From positions 86,616,254-86,680,253 of the forward strand of contig NC_068985.1 in NCBI RefSeq assembly GCF_001194135.2: a stretch of 64,000 nt of DNA, given 5' to 3'. The notes under the pieces are model-generated. The model did no database searches. It worked only from the letters and a program-made list of their open reading frames with translations, and had not been told where the DNA came from. The translations under genes were made by a program, and so were the position numbers. Shown in pieces: positions 1-10,969 of this stretch (position 1 is the stretch's first letter; each line of letters opens with the position of its first letter). This stretch comes from Octopus bimaculoides (taxonomy: Eukaryota).

Positions 1-519
1 ATATATATATATATATATAGTGTGTGTGTGTGTGTGTACATATGTATGTGTATGATTGGCACTTCCATCAAGAATAATGCATAACCACTTAGTGACCTAA
101 AGTGAGAATGTGTTTTAAGTTTGTTCAAACTCTACCTCACTCACTGATTGTCTTACCTGAGCAGGTGCACAGTGTGCCATATGCCTGGTGCAACCAAACA
201 TAAAACTATCACAGCTCAATGCTGATTCTCTTACCATTGCAGCTCACACTCCACGAGCAAAACAATTTACATTTCCCTAACTAAGGTTTGTTTCATATCA
301 AACATACATCTAAGTAGACCACAGATATACACCAGAAGATACAAAATAAAATTTGTAATAAACATGTGATACATCAAGTCACCTACTGCCATGATTGAAA
401 TATTTCGACTGGTTTACTGCTGTTTTGCTGCCAAAGGGAATGGGGTGCAACTTCCTATGCTATAAATCATAGATCAGTATCAACCACTACATGAAGGACA
501 TATTGTTAGATTGACTGTC

Positions 520-868
520 TCAACTAGATTACATGCTTCTGGATTCAGTCCCACTGTGTGGCACTATAGGCAAGTTTTATCTGCTTATAGCGTCAGGCCT
601 GCCAAAGCCTTGCCAGTAGTTTTGGTAGACAGAAACTGAAAGAAGCCTATGGTGTATATATATGTGCATGCATGTGTCTCTGTGTCTGTACTTGTTTCCC
701 CACCACCACTTAACATCTGGTGTTGGTATGTTTACAACCCTGTAACTTAGTAGTGAGGCAAAAAAAAAAAAAAGTACCGTGATCAATTCATTCAACTAAA
801 ATTCTTCAAGGCAGTGCCCCAGCATGGCCACAGTCTAATGACTGAAACAAGTAAAAGATAAGAGATAT
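520..868 (+). mobile_element. tRNA-derived SINE with CCTTGGGCAAGT-like core (octopus OR-type), 5' degraded
   Basis: ggattcagtcccactgtgtggcac...ccaaagccttg...ttggtagacagaaactgaaagaagcc, then tail gtgccccagcatggccacagtctaatgactgaaacaagtaaaagataa. The same modules recur at 34768, 37682, 43452, 50143 and 55725. Confidence 0.8.
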
Positions 869-870
869 GT

Positions 871-946
<76 letters not shown>

Positions 947-967
947 CATTTATGTATGTATATATGT

Positions 968-1100
968 ATAATGCACGCTGCTCAAACTTGACTGATTTTA
1001 AAGCTGATGTCATAATGGTGGTCGATGTTAATCTATGACAGCTGTTGAACACGATCCATCCGCAAAAGCTTGCGCCATCGAAGCAGATCTCTCAATGAAA
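968..1100 (-). mobile_element. possible mariner left-end/transposase-start fragment
   Basis: Minus strand reads MTSALKSVKFEQRA, like the mariner N-terminal 'EQRxxI' start, and is truncated by (TA)n. Confidence 0.35.
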
Positions 1101-1261
1101 TGTTATTCTATTCAATCTTAAGTGCCTTTTTATTTGATCCTCTGCTTTAATTGAAAACATGTATTTTTATTCCTTGTGTTATTAACAATCTAAGTATGAT
1201 CTCATATATCATTAAAAACAACTTAATTGACAATTACATTTCAAGTGTTTTATAATCCTTA

Positions 1262-1330
1262 CTCGTTGTTGTTGTTGTTGTTGTTATTATCATTAATGTT
1301 ATTATTATTATCATTATTATTATTATTATT

Positions 1331-1372
<42 letters not shown>

Positions 1373-1673
1373 CTTGTTCTTGTTGTTGTTGTTGTTATTG
1401 GTTTCTTCTGCGTTAAACTGGTAGGATAGCTCTTTATGTTTGCTATGTAGCACATTGCAGGTTGAAGGAATAAATGAAAAGTGTTTTTTTCTTTTTTCAC
1501 AGCTGTACTTCAGCCTCGAACATTGTTAAAACCTAAACAATCACTCAAGAAGGGGACAACTAATTTTGTCAGCGGTCTAAATTAGACAAACATCATTCTC
1601 TTCATCATCATCATCATCATCATCATCGTCATCATCATCGTCGTCATCGTTGTCGTCGTCATCGTTGTCGTCG

Positions 1674-1705
<32 letters not shown>

Positions 1706-1915
1706 GTTGTTTTCATTGTTGTCATCATTTGTCATCTGCAATGTCAACAACATCATTGTCTCTCCCATCAACATTGTTGTCATCACTGTCATTGCCAACA
1801 CCATTGTTGTCATCGTCATGGTCTATACTGACATCACCTCTGGAGTCATTGTCATCATGATGATGATCATCATTACCATTATCATCGTTGTCATCCTCCT
1901 CACGATCCTCATCTT
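1262..1915. repeat. compound trinucleotide microsatellites (TTG/TTA)n and (CAT/CGT)n
   Basis: Direct inspection. These generate the poly-L/N/T/D/S ORFs in the track. Confidence 0.95.
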
Positions 1916-4713
1916 TCTATGTCATTTCCTTCATACATTTCATATTTGCTTGTATTTATAAAGTTGAATGCCCTTCCTCACACACACACAAACGTATATG
2001 GATATATGTATGTATGTGCATATGTACATACACAACTAGTGGTGGTGCCATTTAAAAAGCACTGGTGCTGTTGTTACATTGATAAAAGTGCAGACATGTA
2101 AAACTAAGTGAACAAAATAATATTCTGGTTTCTTTTGGGTATCTCCTTGTAGGTATATATGCTTGTGTATATGTTTATGTATGTATGTAAGTTTTCATAT
2201 ATCTTTCAATGAATGACATAAGCATTGGCAAGAAAACCAAGAAAACAATGTTCTTGAAAAAAAAAGTCCTGTGTGATAATTGTTCTGCACCAATTTACAG
2301 GCACTCCTTATCAGTTTCCCAATCAGAAATGAAGTAAACCAGTGATTGGTCTCTTGATAAAACACTGTAACTAACAATATTGTTGTCCTGTTATTTTGAT
2401 AGAATATAAACAAAAACTAATAAATACACACATATATGTACATGTGTGTGTATATGTGTATATATATGTGTGTGTGTATTTATATTGATAATCAAATCAT
2501 GAATAAATTAATTGCTAAATATTTCCTATGTAAAGTGATATTAGACAATACGAACACTTTTGTTGTTCTATTTTGTTGCTGTTTTATATTTATGAAAATG
2601 TTCTTCCTTACTTATAAATAATCAATATCTATCAATAATATTTCAATATAGTACCGATTGTTTTCTTCTTTTTTTTTTATTATTTATTGTTGATCATTTT
2701 ATATGGCTGAGTGGGAGATGACAGATTTGTTGCAATCTGTCTTTGACTCTTTTACTCTTGATATTTTGTGGCTGTTCTGGAGTATCACCACGTATGTTAG
2801 TCGATCAAATCAACCCCAGGACTTATTTTAAAACTGCTACTGTTCCATCAGTTGTTTTGTTGAACTGCTAAGTTATGATGAATTAAATATACTAACACTG
2901 ATTGTCAACTGTTCTGCAGTCAGATATTAGCATGTGGCTTTTTGATACCAATAAATAAGTTTCATATTTCATCTTGGATTGGTCTTTGAGATTTACAAAT
3001 ACAGCAAATAAGCAATATTGTAGTAAAATCCATTGAATTAGATCGAGTTAATCCCGTCATTGGTCTGTTTGAGTTATTTCCCTTAGCTTATTCTATTTGT
3101 AAATTATACAAATTATATTTACCAGAAATTATTCGTAATTCTTTTACTATATGTAAAACATTTTGTGAATTAATTAAATTGTCTTGAGTAATGAGGACTA
3201 ATAAAATTGATTATGCTGGTGAGGTTCAATAGACTGAAACACATTCGTACTTGTCCTTCCCTCAATTTACTCATGTCACACTTGCCTCTTCTCTTCTTAA
3301 CTCCACCACACTAACCAATACATCCACTCCTACCTCTCCACAATGTTATTTCACTGGAATTTCCTCTCTGCTCCTGTCTTGAGGGATGTCTCTCTCTCAC
3401 TTTCTTTCTCTCTCTTTCTCTCTCTCTATCTTTCTTTCTCTCTCTCTCTCTCACAAGTGTTCCCTTACAAGAATTCAAGAGGAACACTATCAGTATCAAT
3501 CCCATTGGCCTGTGAACAGGCTATGGGCATGGCCCTTTTTCCCAATCCCAACAAGGAGAAAGAAAAAGACTGACATTCTTCTAAACTTGTAAATTAACTT
3601 TTACAGATTAATTTTTCAAATTCTACCAAAATCTCCATCTTTACTTTCAGACTCACCAACAATTACCACCAGAGTTTTGTATTCTTTCTGCGTCTAAGAG
3701 GAAAACATTAATTAATTAAACACTGTTTTGCATATATCGTTTAGTACTGCACATTCTAATTAATGTTAATCATCATCATCATCGTTGTTGTCGTCATCAT
3801 CATCATCACCACCATCATCCTCATCATCATCATCCACTGTCCATATTCCTTGCTGTGAGATTGGACAGTTTGCCAGGATGTGTTGGGTTCAAGAAAGACC
3901 TTCTGTTCCATTGTCTCCTTTAGTATGGTTTCTACCATTTCTCACTACTGAGGTTGCCATGCAGCTTGCAGGAATTGGCTTCATGCTAGGAGAGGAAGAG
4001 TTAACATATGAGAAAAGGGATCAGAACAGAAGAGGGTTTTTGCCATAAAAAGAATCTGCTTGGCTATTCACGTGTAAGAAGAGAATGTGGTGGTGATCAG
4101 ATGGATTTAATTTCTAGTCATCAGGTATGGGTTCAATTCCAGTGTGCAGCACCTAAGGTAAAGGTCTTCTGCTATTGTCTTGTGATGGCAAAAGACTTAT
4201 AAAAGAAATTTGGTAGATGGAAACTGTTCAGAACACCTTTGAATGACTTTCTCTTCTAAAGATGTTAATAAAATACACACTAAGAAATGTACTGGTGCTG
4301 ATAGAAGAGAATAAATCCTTTGGTGAGAATGTTCCATTATGGCCACAGCCCACTGACTGAGGCAACTAAAAGAAGAATGAGGTACTGTCTTTCATTGTGG
4401 AAATTATTTCTTTTGTACTTGGAAGTTTTTCTTACCATTGACCCAAGACTGAGGTTGGAAGTAGCATGGAATCTGTTTCAGTGAAAATACTTGGTTAAGC
4501 ATCTTGTTCAAGATCGCAACAATATAATCGCAATAGCAGCTTGATTTGAATTCTTCACAATACTGGTCTACAGTTGAGCACCATAATCTCACAGTTATCA
4601 ATAGATGTGAGTGTATATACCATCATCATTGTTTAACGTCCATTTTCCATGCTGGCATGGGTTGGACAGTTTGATTGAAGTCTGGAGAGCCAGTGACTGC
4701 ACCAGGCTTCAAT

Positions 4714-4977
4714 CTTTGCTAAAAAGAGAAGTCAAAATAGTCCTAAACCACAGAAAAATAATTAAATTAGTACAGGCATGATAGGAAAAGAAATTTTAGT
4801 GTATAAGAAGAGCATCTTACCTCGGCAAAAGATGCAGAAGGAATGTCAGTTGATCTGGATATCATGATTTCGAATTTAGAGTCTTTTTTCAATAAAATTT
4901 CTTTTCCTATCATGCTTATATGAATTGAATGATTCTTCTGTGGTTTAGGAGTATTTTGACTTCTATTTTTAGCAAAG
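4714..4977. mobile_element. MITE-like fold-back element with ~85-bp imperfect terminal inverted repeats
   Basis: 4714-4798 (ctttgctaaaaagagaagtcaaaatagtcctaaaccacaga...gcatgataggaaaagaaatttta) is the reverse complement of ~4893-4977, around a ~95-bp spacer. Confidence 0.75.
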
Positions 4978-5035
4978 CAGGTGCTAATGTAGTACCCTAG
5001 TATATATAGATATATTTATATATCTTATATAGGGC

Positions 5036-5149
5036 ATCCAGCTGTAGAAACTCCGCCAAATTAGATTGGAGCCTGGTATTGCCATCCGGTTTCACCAGTC
5101 CTCAGTTAAATCGTCCAACCCATGCTAGCATGGAAAGCGGACGTTAAAC

Positions 5150-5197
<48 letters not shown>

Positions 5198-5198
5198 A
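5036..5198 (+). mobile_element. RTE-type 3' tail ending in (GAT)n
   Basis: catccagctgtagaaactc...ccaacccatgctagcatggaaagcggacgttaaacgatgatgatg, nearly identical to 25373-25506. Confidence 0.85.
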
Positions 5199-5217
5199 CA
5201 TATATATATATATATCT

Positions 5218-5361
5218 TATATTTACATTATTTACATTTGACGGATATTCGTCGTCATCTTGTTTGTTGTTAACACAACGTTTCGGCTGATATACCCTCC
5301 AGCCTTCGTCAGGTGTCTTGGGGAAATTTCGAACCTGGGTTCTCATTCCTATCGATGTTAC

Positions 5362-5399
<38 letters not shown>

Positions 5400-5505
5400 T
5401 ATTATTATTACTATTATTAATATTATTAATCAGGTCGCTGCCGTGAATCGAACTTGGAACCTTGGGGTTAGTAGCCCGCGCTCTTAACCACTACGCCATA
5501 TGCCC
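5218..5505 (-). mobile_element. tRNA-headed, hammerhead-containing short retroelement
   Basis: Minus strand has A box TGGCGTAGTGG and B box AGTTCGATTC in a tRNA-like head (5505-5431), then an (AAT)n linker, a hammerhead core and an (AATGTAAAT)n tail. The body is shared with both arms of 21909-22227. Confidence 0.75.
5272..5317 (-). ncRNA. minimal type-I hammerhead ribozyme (family A, intact core)
   Basis: GACAC-CUGACGA-A-GGCUG(GAGGGUAUAU)CAGCC-GAAA-CG-UU-GUGUU: helix I GACAC/GUGUU, helix II 5 bp, helix III reduced to palindromic ACGU. Confidence 0.7.
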
Positions 5506-5522
5506 TCGGGCATATGGCGTAG

Positions 5523-6416
5523 NNNNNNNNNNNNNNNNNNNNNNNNNNNNNNNNNNNNNNNNNNNNNNNNNNNNNNNNNNNNNNNNNNNNNNNNNNNNNN
5601 NNNNNNNNNNNNNNNNNNNNNNNNNNNNNNNNNNNNNNNNNNNNNNNNNNNNNNNNNNNNNNNNNNNNNNNNNNNNNNNNNNNNNNNNNNNNNNNNNNNN
5701 NNNNNNNNNNNNNNNNNNNNNNNNNNNNNNNNNNNNNNNNNNNNNNNNNNNNNNNNNNNNNNNNNNNNNNNNNNNNNNNNNNNNNNNNNNNNNNNNNNNN
5801 NNNNNNNNNNNNNNNNNNNNNNNNNNNNNNNNNNNNNNNNNNNNNNNNNNNNNNNNNNNNNNNNNNNNNNNNNNNNNNNNNNNNNNNNNNNNNNNNNNNN
5901 NNNNNNNNNNNNNNNNNNNNNNNNNNNNNNNNNNNNNNNNNNNNNNNNNNNNNNNNNNNNNNNNNNNNNNNNNNNNNNNNNNNNNNNNNNNNNNNNNNNN
6001 NNNNNNNNNNNNNNNNNNNNNNNNNNNNNNNNNNNNNNNNNNNNNNNNNNNNNNNNNNNNNNNNNNNNNNNNNNNNNNNNNNNNNNNNNNNNNNNNNNNN
6101 NNNNNNNNNNNNNNNNNNNNNNNNNNNNNNNNNNNNNNNNNNNNNNNNNNNNNNNNNNNNNNNNNNNNNNNNNNNNNNNNNNNNNNNNNNNNNNNNNNNN
6201 NNNNNNNNNNNNNNNNNNNNNNNNNNNNNNNNNNNNNNNNNNNNNNNNNNNNNNNNNNNNNNNNNNNNNNNNNNNNNNNNNNNNNNNNNNNNNNNNNNNN
6301 NNNNNNNNNNNNNNNNNNNNNNNNNNNNNNNNNNNNNNNNNNNNNNNNNNNNNNNNNNNNNNNNNNNNNNNNNNNNNNNNNNNNNNNNNNNNNNNNNNNN
6401 NNNNNNNNNNNNNNNN
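5523..6416. other. assembly gap
   Basis: Run of N. The long X-filled ORFs are artefacts. Confidence 1.
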
Positions 6417-7714
6417 TATATATATATATAATGACAGGGAGAGAGGGGCATGAGAGAGGAGGTGAGAGAGAGGAGAGTGAGAGAGACAGTGAGAGACAGA
6501 TTGATGGACTGGTAGTATATTATTTATATATGTGCATATGTGTGTGTGTGTGTGTGCACGTGTGTGTATGTGTACATTTATGTATACGTATCCCATAGTT
6601 TGATTTTTACGTGCTGCTTTCAATTGTTCTTATTTGCATATTTCCTTATTTTCTAGATATATCCTGTTTTGTCTAGAACACAACAAGTTTTTTCCTATTT
6701 GTCAAAATTCTCAAACATTGCTAATTAATTTGGATTAGCTGGTTAATTAGCAAAGTTTGAAATTTATAAGAAATATTTGTAACAGCTGCTTTCTTGACAC
6801 AACCTTCATTTTAAAATATCTTGTTTGTTTATTATTTTAGCAGTTATATCTGTTGTTGTTATTTGCCCCTTTGAGAGTTTGTGTGGGATAGCAAGATATA
6901 GCAGGGGTGAGTGGTTCAAAGCAAAACCCACTTAAATCACTGGCCCATTGGAGTGTATCAGGAGTTGTTCCTTGTTTTTGTGGTTGATTAACTCCTGGCC
7001 AAATCTGATACAACAGACCTTTGATCAAAGCCATTCAAGCTGGAAATACACCCCTTTTTTTCCCAACATTTGTTAGTTCCCAATACCGTAGCTCTTGGCA
7101 TGACCTTTTCCAAGAATGTGTGCATGTGTGTGTGTGTGTGTATGTGTGTGTGTGTGTGTATTTATATATGATAAAGTTACTGGCACTTTGCTAGTTGTGA
7201 CAATGAGTGTTCCAGTCGATCTGCAAGTGGCTGAGTACTCTACAGACAATTATAGTTCTCAGGAAGATTCAGCGTGACACAGAATGTGACACACGGCTAG
7301 CGCTTTCTAATACTAGTAGTACTACTCATTATATAGTGCTGTGTTTGTCTTGGTCATATTTCATGTTGTTCTGAGTCTCTTCACAGAAAAAAGTTTTCTG
7401 AACTACATGATTAATCACATTAAAAAAAGAGAGTGGAAGTGATTGATGGGTGGGAAGATGGAAAGGGGGTAAAGATAGTGGTGATGTGTATTATCAATTG
7501 TGCATTTTGGCTGACTGATTCTGTTTGGTAAGATGACATATTTCTTTTCAACAAGTGTAGCCTGGTGGTGTAGCTGTTTTTCTGAGAAATTCAGGAATGT
7601 TTGGTATTTCTTATCCTTATAATCTTTAAGTCTCTTCAAGTAGCCTATCAAGGGATTGTCCTTAGCCATTCTGTATAACCAGTCCATTTAAGAGTACCTT
7701 TCAATCATTGCACA

Positions 7715-8165
7715 ATAAACTATGCTTGTGAAGACCTGTTGAGGCAAGTGAAATCGCTGTGGTGGCTGATGACAGTTCCGCCTGATTGGCACTTGTGCCA
7801 GTGGAATGTTAGAAGCACCATTCAAGCATGATCATTGCCAGGGCCACTGACTGGTTCCCATGCTGGTGGCATGTAAAAAAAGCACCATTCGGGCATGGTT
7901 GTTGCCAGTGTCACTGGACTGGCTCCTGTGTAGGTGGCACATAAAAAGCACCCTTTTGAGTTTGGCTGATGCCAGTATCACCTGACTGGCCTCTGTGCCA
8001 GTGTTACGTAACACAAAAGCACCTACTACACTCTTGGAGTGGTTGGAAGGGCATCCAGCAGTAGAAATTTTGCTAGATCAGATTGGAGCCTGGTGTAGCC
8101 TTCTGGCTCGCCAGTCTTCAGTCAAACCGTCCAACCCATGCCAGCATGGAAAGCAGGTGTTAAAC

Positions 8166-8198
<33 letters not shown>
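7715..8198 (+). mobile_element. 5'-truncated RTE-type LINE 3' UTR with internal ~50-bp tandem units and (GAT)n tail
   Basis: Repeated gttgccagtg..ctggactggctcctgtg..ggtggcac.taaaaagcacc units, then gagtggttggaagggcatccagc...ccaacccatgccagcatggaaag...gatgatg. Confidence 0.8.
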
Positions 8199-8332
8199 AG
8201 GAACCTCCGGTACAGGTGGAGGGGTGGGGTGTGAGGGCTTGCGCACTGCGAACTAGCAAATTTAGACGAGAGCATCTTCTGTATACGTATTCTTTCGGCT
8301 GAGGTATTAAAAAGCGAGTTATTATTATTATG

Positions 8333-8388
<56 letters not shown>

Positions 8389-9115
8389 CATTATTATTGA
8401 TTTGAGTCAGGTTCATTCTTATTCCTGGTACATGGAGCAAAATACTTAGCAGTTCATCTGTCCTAATGATCTAAGTTCAAATTCCACTGAGGTCGACTTT
8501 GCAGGTGGGGCCCAGTAAGAATTTTCTTCAGGTTGAGTAGGCCATCCCACTCAAAAGGTCCCTGAATAAGGTTTGTTTAAGGATGATGAACAAAACACTC
8601 ATGTTTCCAGAGTTGAATTATCCAAACCCCAAAGAATTCCTCTCGACACATGGCTATGATACACCCCCACTACTTCTGCTCATGATCAGAGATGCACATA
8701 TCATCAGCCACCAAGGGACATGCTCAGCTGGTTAAGATCAAACAACTAACAAGCAAATCTGTGGTATTATGTAAAATATTTGTTGTAGCCCATTTTTATC
8801 ATCTACATCATCATGATCATCATCATCATCATGATGCTAGTAATACTTCCTATTATTGGCACATGGCCACAAAAATATAAATGAAGTGCAGAGTAATTGT
8901 TCGGACAGGTCATTATGTTAATCTACATATTATTGATATTTATTTATCGATCTTCAAGTGATGAAAGGTAAACTTGGTCCCAAAGAAATTAAAATGCCAA
9001 ATAGAATGGTTCCTAATTAAATACCTAACTATTTAATTTGGACATCTCTACTGAGTATTTGTGGCTCTCAAATGCCCTCTCAATAATATTTGATGGTGAT
9101 GATGATGATGATATA

Positions 9116-9147
<32 letters not shown>

Positions 9148-9519
9148 TAATAATAATAATAATAACCATTTAGTTTGATTTCTTAAATGTGGTTGTTTCT
9201 GTTGTGTTATTGTCTTTGCTTTTGTTGGAGGTTATATGTTTTGTATGTGGTCGAGCCTGTTGCTTTTTCATTTGCTTGAATTATATCAGTTACTTTTGGT
9301 TTTTGTATTTCATCAGATGTTTTATATTTTCAGTGAATATTTTATCTGAATATTTACCCTTTTAAAACCTTGCTTTTTTTTTCTCTCTCAACAAACCTCT
9401 TAACACTTGCTAATGTGTTTGCTGTTAATTTTTCTCATTTCTTTGTTTTTCTATCCTCGTAACACATATTTTTGTTTAGTAACTCATATTTCTGTTTAGT
9501 AACTCATATTTCTGTTTTG

Positions 9520-9790
9520 TAATGCTGTGTAGTATGAATGTATCACTTCCATGAAGCTTTCAAGGAAATATTAAACAAATATTGAACATGACAACATTCT
9601 TGCTAAAAACGTTTGTGATATGTCTATCCAAACTAACAAAGAGATCAATCCAAACTGCCCAGATATAAGAATGAAAGATTAGAAAACATGGATACTTTTA
9701 GGTATTACAATATCTTCTGGCTAAGACATTGCAGAAAAGGAAGTGGAGAATCTATCCAAATACTAAAGTCTTCAAACTGAAATAAACAAA
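9520..9790 (+). pseudogene. degenerate R4/Dong-clade restriction-like endonuclease fragment
   Basis: Manual translation DMSIQTNKEINPNCPDIRMKD*KTWILLGITISSG*DIAEKEVENLSKY*SLQTEINKL matches the REL pattern WD..IQTD..I.ANRPDI..KDK.....IDVAVP.D.NI..KE.EKLSKY. Confidence 0.6.
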
Positions 9791-10416
9791 TTGGGGGTGG
9801 GGGACATCATCATCATCATCATCGTCGTTGTCGTCATCATTATCGTCATCGTCGTCATCATGATCATTATCACCACCACATAGGTGTTCCAAGCTGGCAT
9901 GGGTTGGATGGCTTGACAGAATCCAGTTGGCCCAAAAGACTGCATCATGCTCCCCTTTCTGCTTTTACATGGCTTCTATGCTGGATGGCCTTCCTAACAC
10001 CAAACACTTAACAGAGTGTAATGGGTGCTTTTACTATGGCACCAGCAATAGTGAGTTCACCACACAGCCTGCAAGACTAAAAAGCCCTTTGAGTGCATAT
10101 TGCAATATTTGTGAGAGAGAAAGACTTAAATATAGATGTGTAAATGTGTTTGCATGTGTACACATATATATATATATAAACACATTATTGGCTCTTCCGC
10201 GCTTGATGCAGGAGAGCATATGGGATGGGAAAACTGGAGGGAGAAAGAGCTGCACCAGACTGAATCTATCTATCTATTTATATATCTATCTATCTCTCTG
10301 TCAGTCCATCTGTCTGTCTGCATATCTATCTGCCTATCTGCTTGTCTATCACTCCACCTACCTACCTACCTACCTAACTACCTACCTACATATATACATA
10401 CATACCTGTATATATA

Positions 10417-10447
<31 letters not shown>

Positions 10448-10454
10448 ATGTATC

Positions 10455-10485
<31 letters not shown>

Positions 10486-10890
10486 GTCGATATGTACATA
10501 CATATGCATTGATGTACATATGTACCTACCTACCTACCAACCTACATACATACCTACCAATCTACCTTTTCTATTTATTTCTCTTTCTATCTATCTCCAT
10601 GTATGTTTGTGTGTGTATATATATATAAATGCATATAGATATGCATTTATAGATGGATATATGTATGCATACATATATATTCAAACACACACACACACAT
10701 ACACATATAATCACACATGTATATATCTAAGACTTTCTCTCTCACAAACATTTCATACTTACTTTAGCATGCATCTAATACAAAAGATATTTGCGTATAA
10801 TATAATATAATTATAGCTTTATATGGATTAAAGATTTAAAATGGAAAATAAAGAGAGATTGGAGGAAGCACACACAAACACACAAACACA

Positions 10891-10969
<79 letters not shown>

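Noticed and set aside
5431-5505. Possible true tRNA gene
   Set aside because: The acceptor stem does not pair properly, the apparent ACT anticodon is non-standard, and it is attached to a repeat body, so it is treated as a SINE-type head.
5462-6623. Long (300-380 aa) ORFs
   Set aside because: They consist of X residues from the N gap. The same applies to the ORFs over 22546-23626 and 32002-33061.
9927-10810. Two ORFs over 220 aa
   Set aside because: They are built from an RTE tail plus dinucleotide and tetranucleotide repeats.
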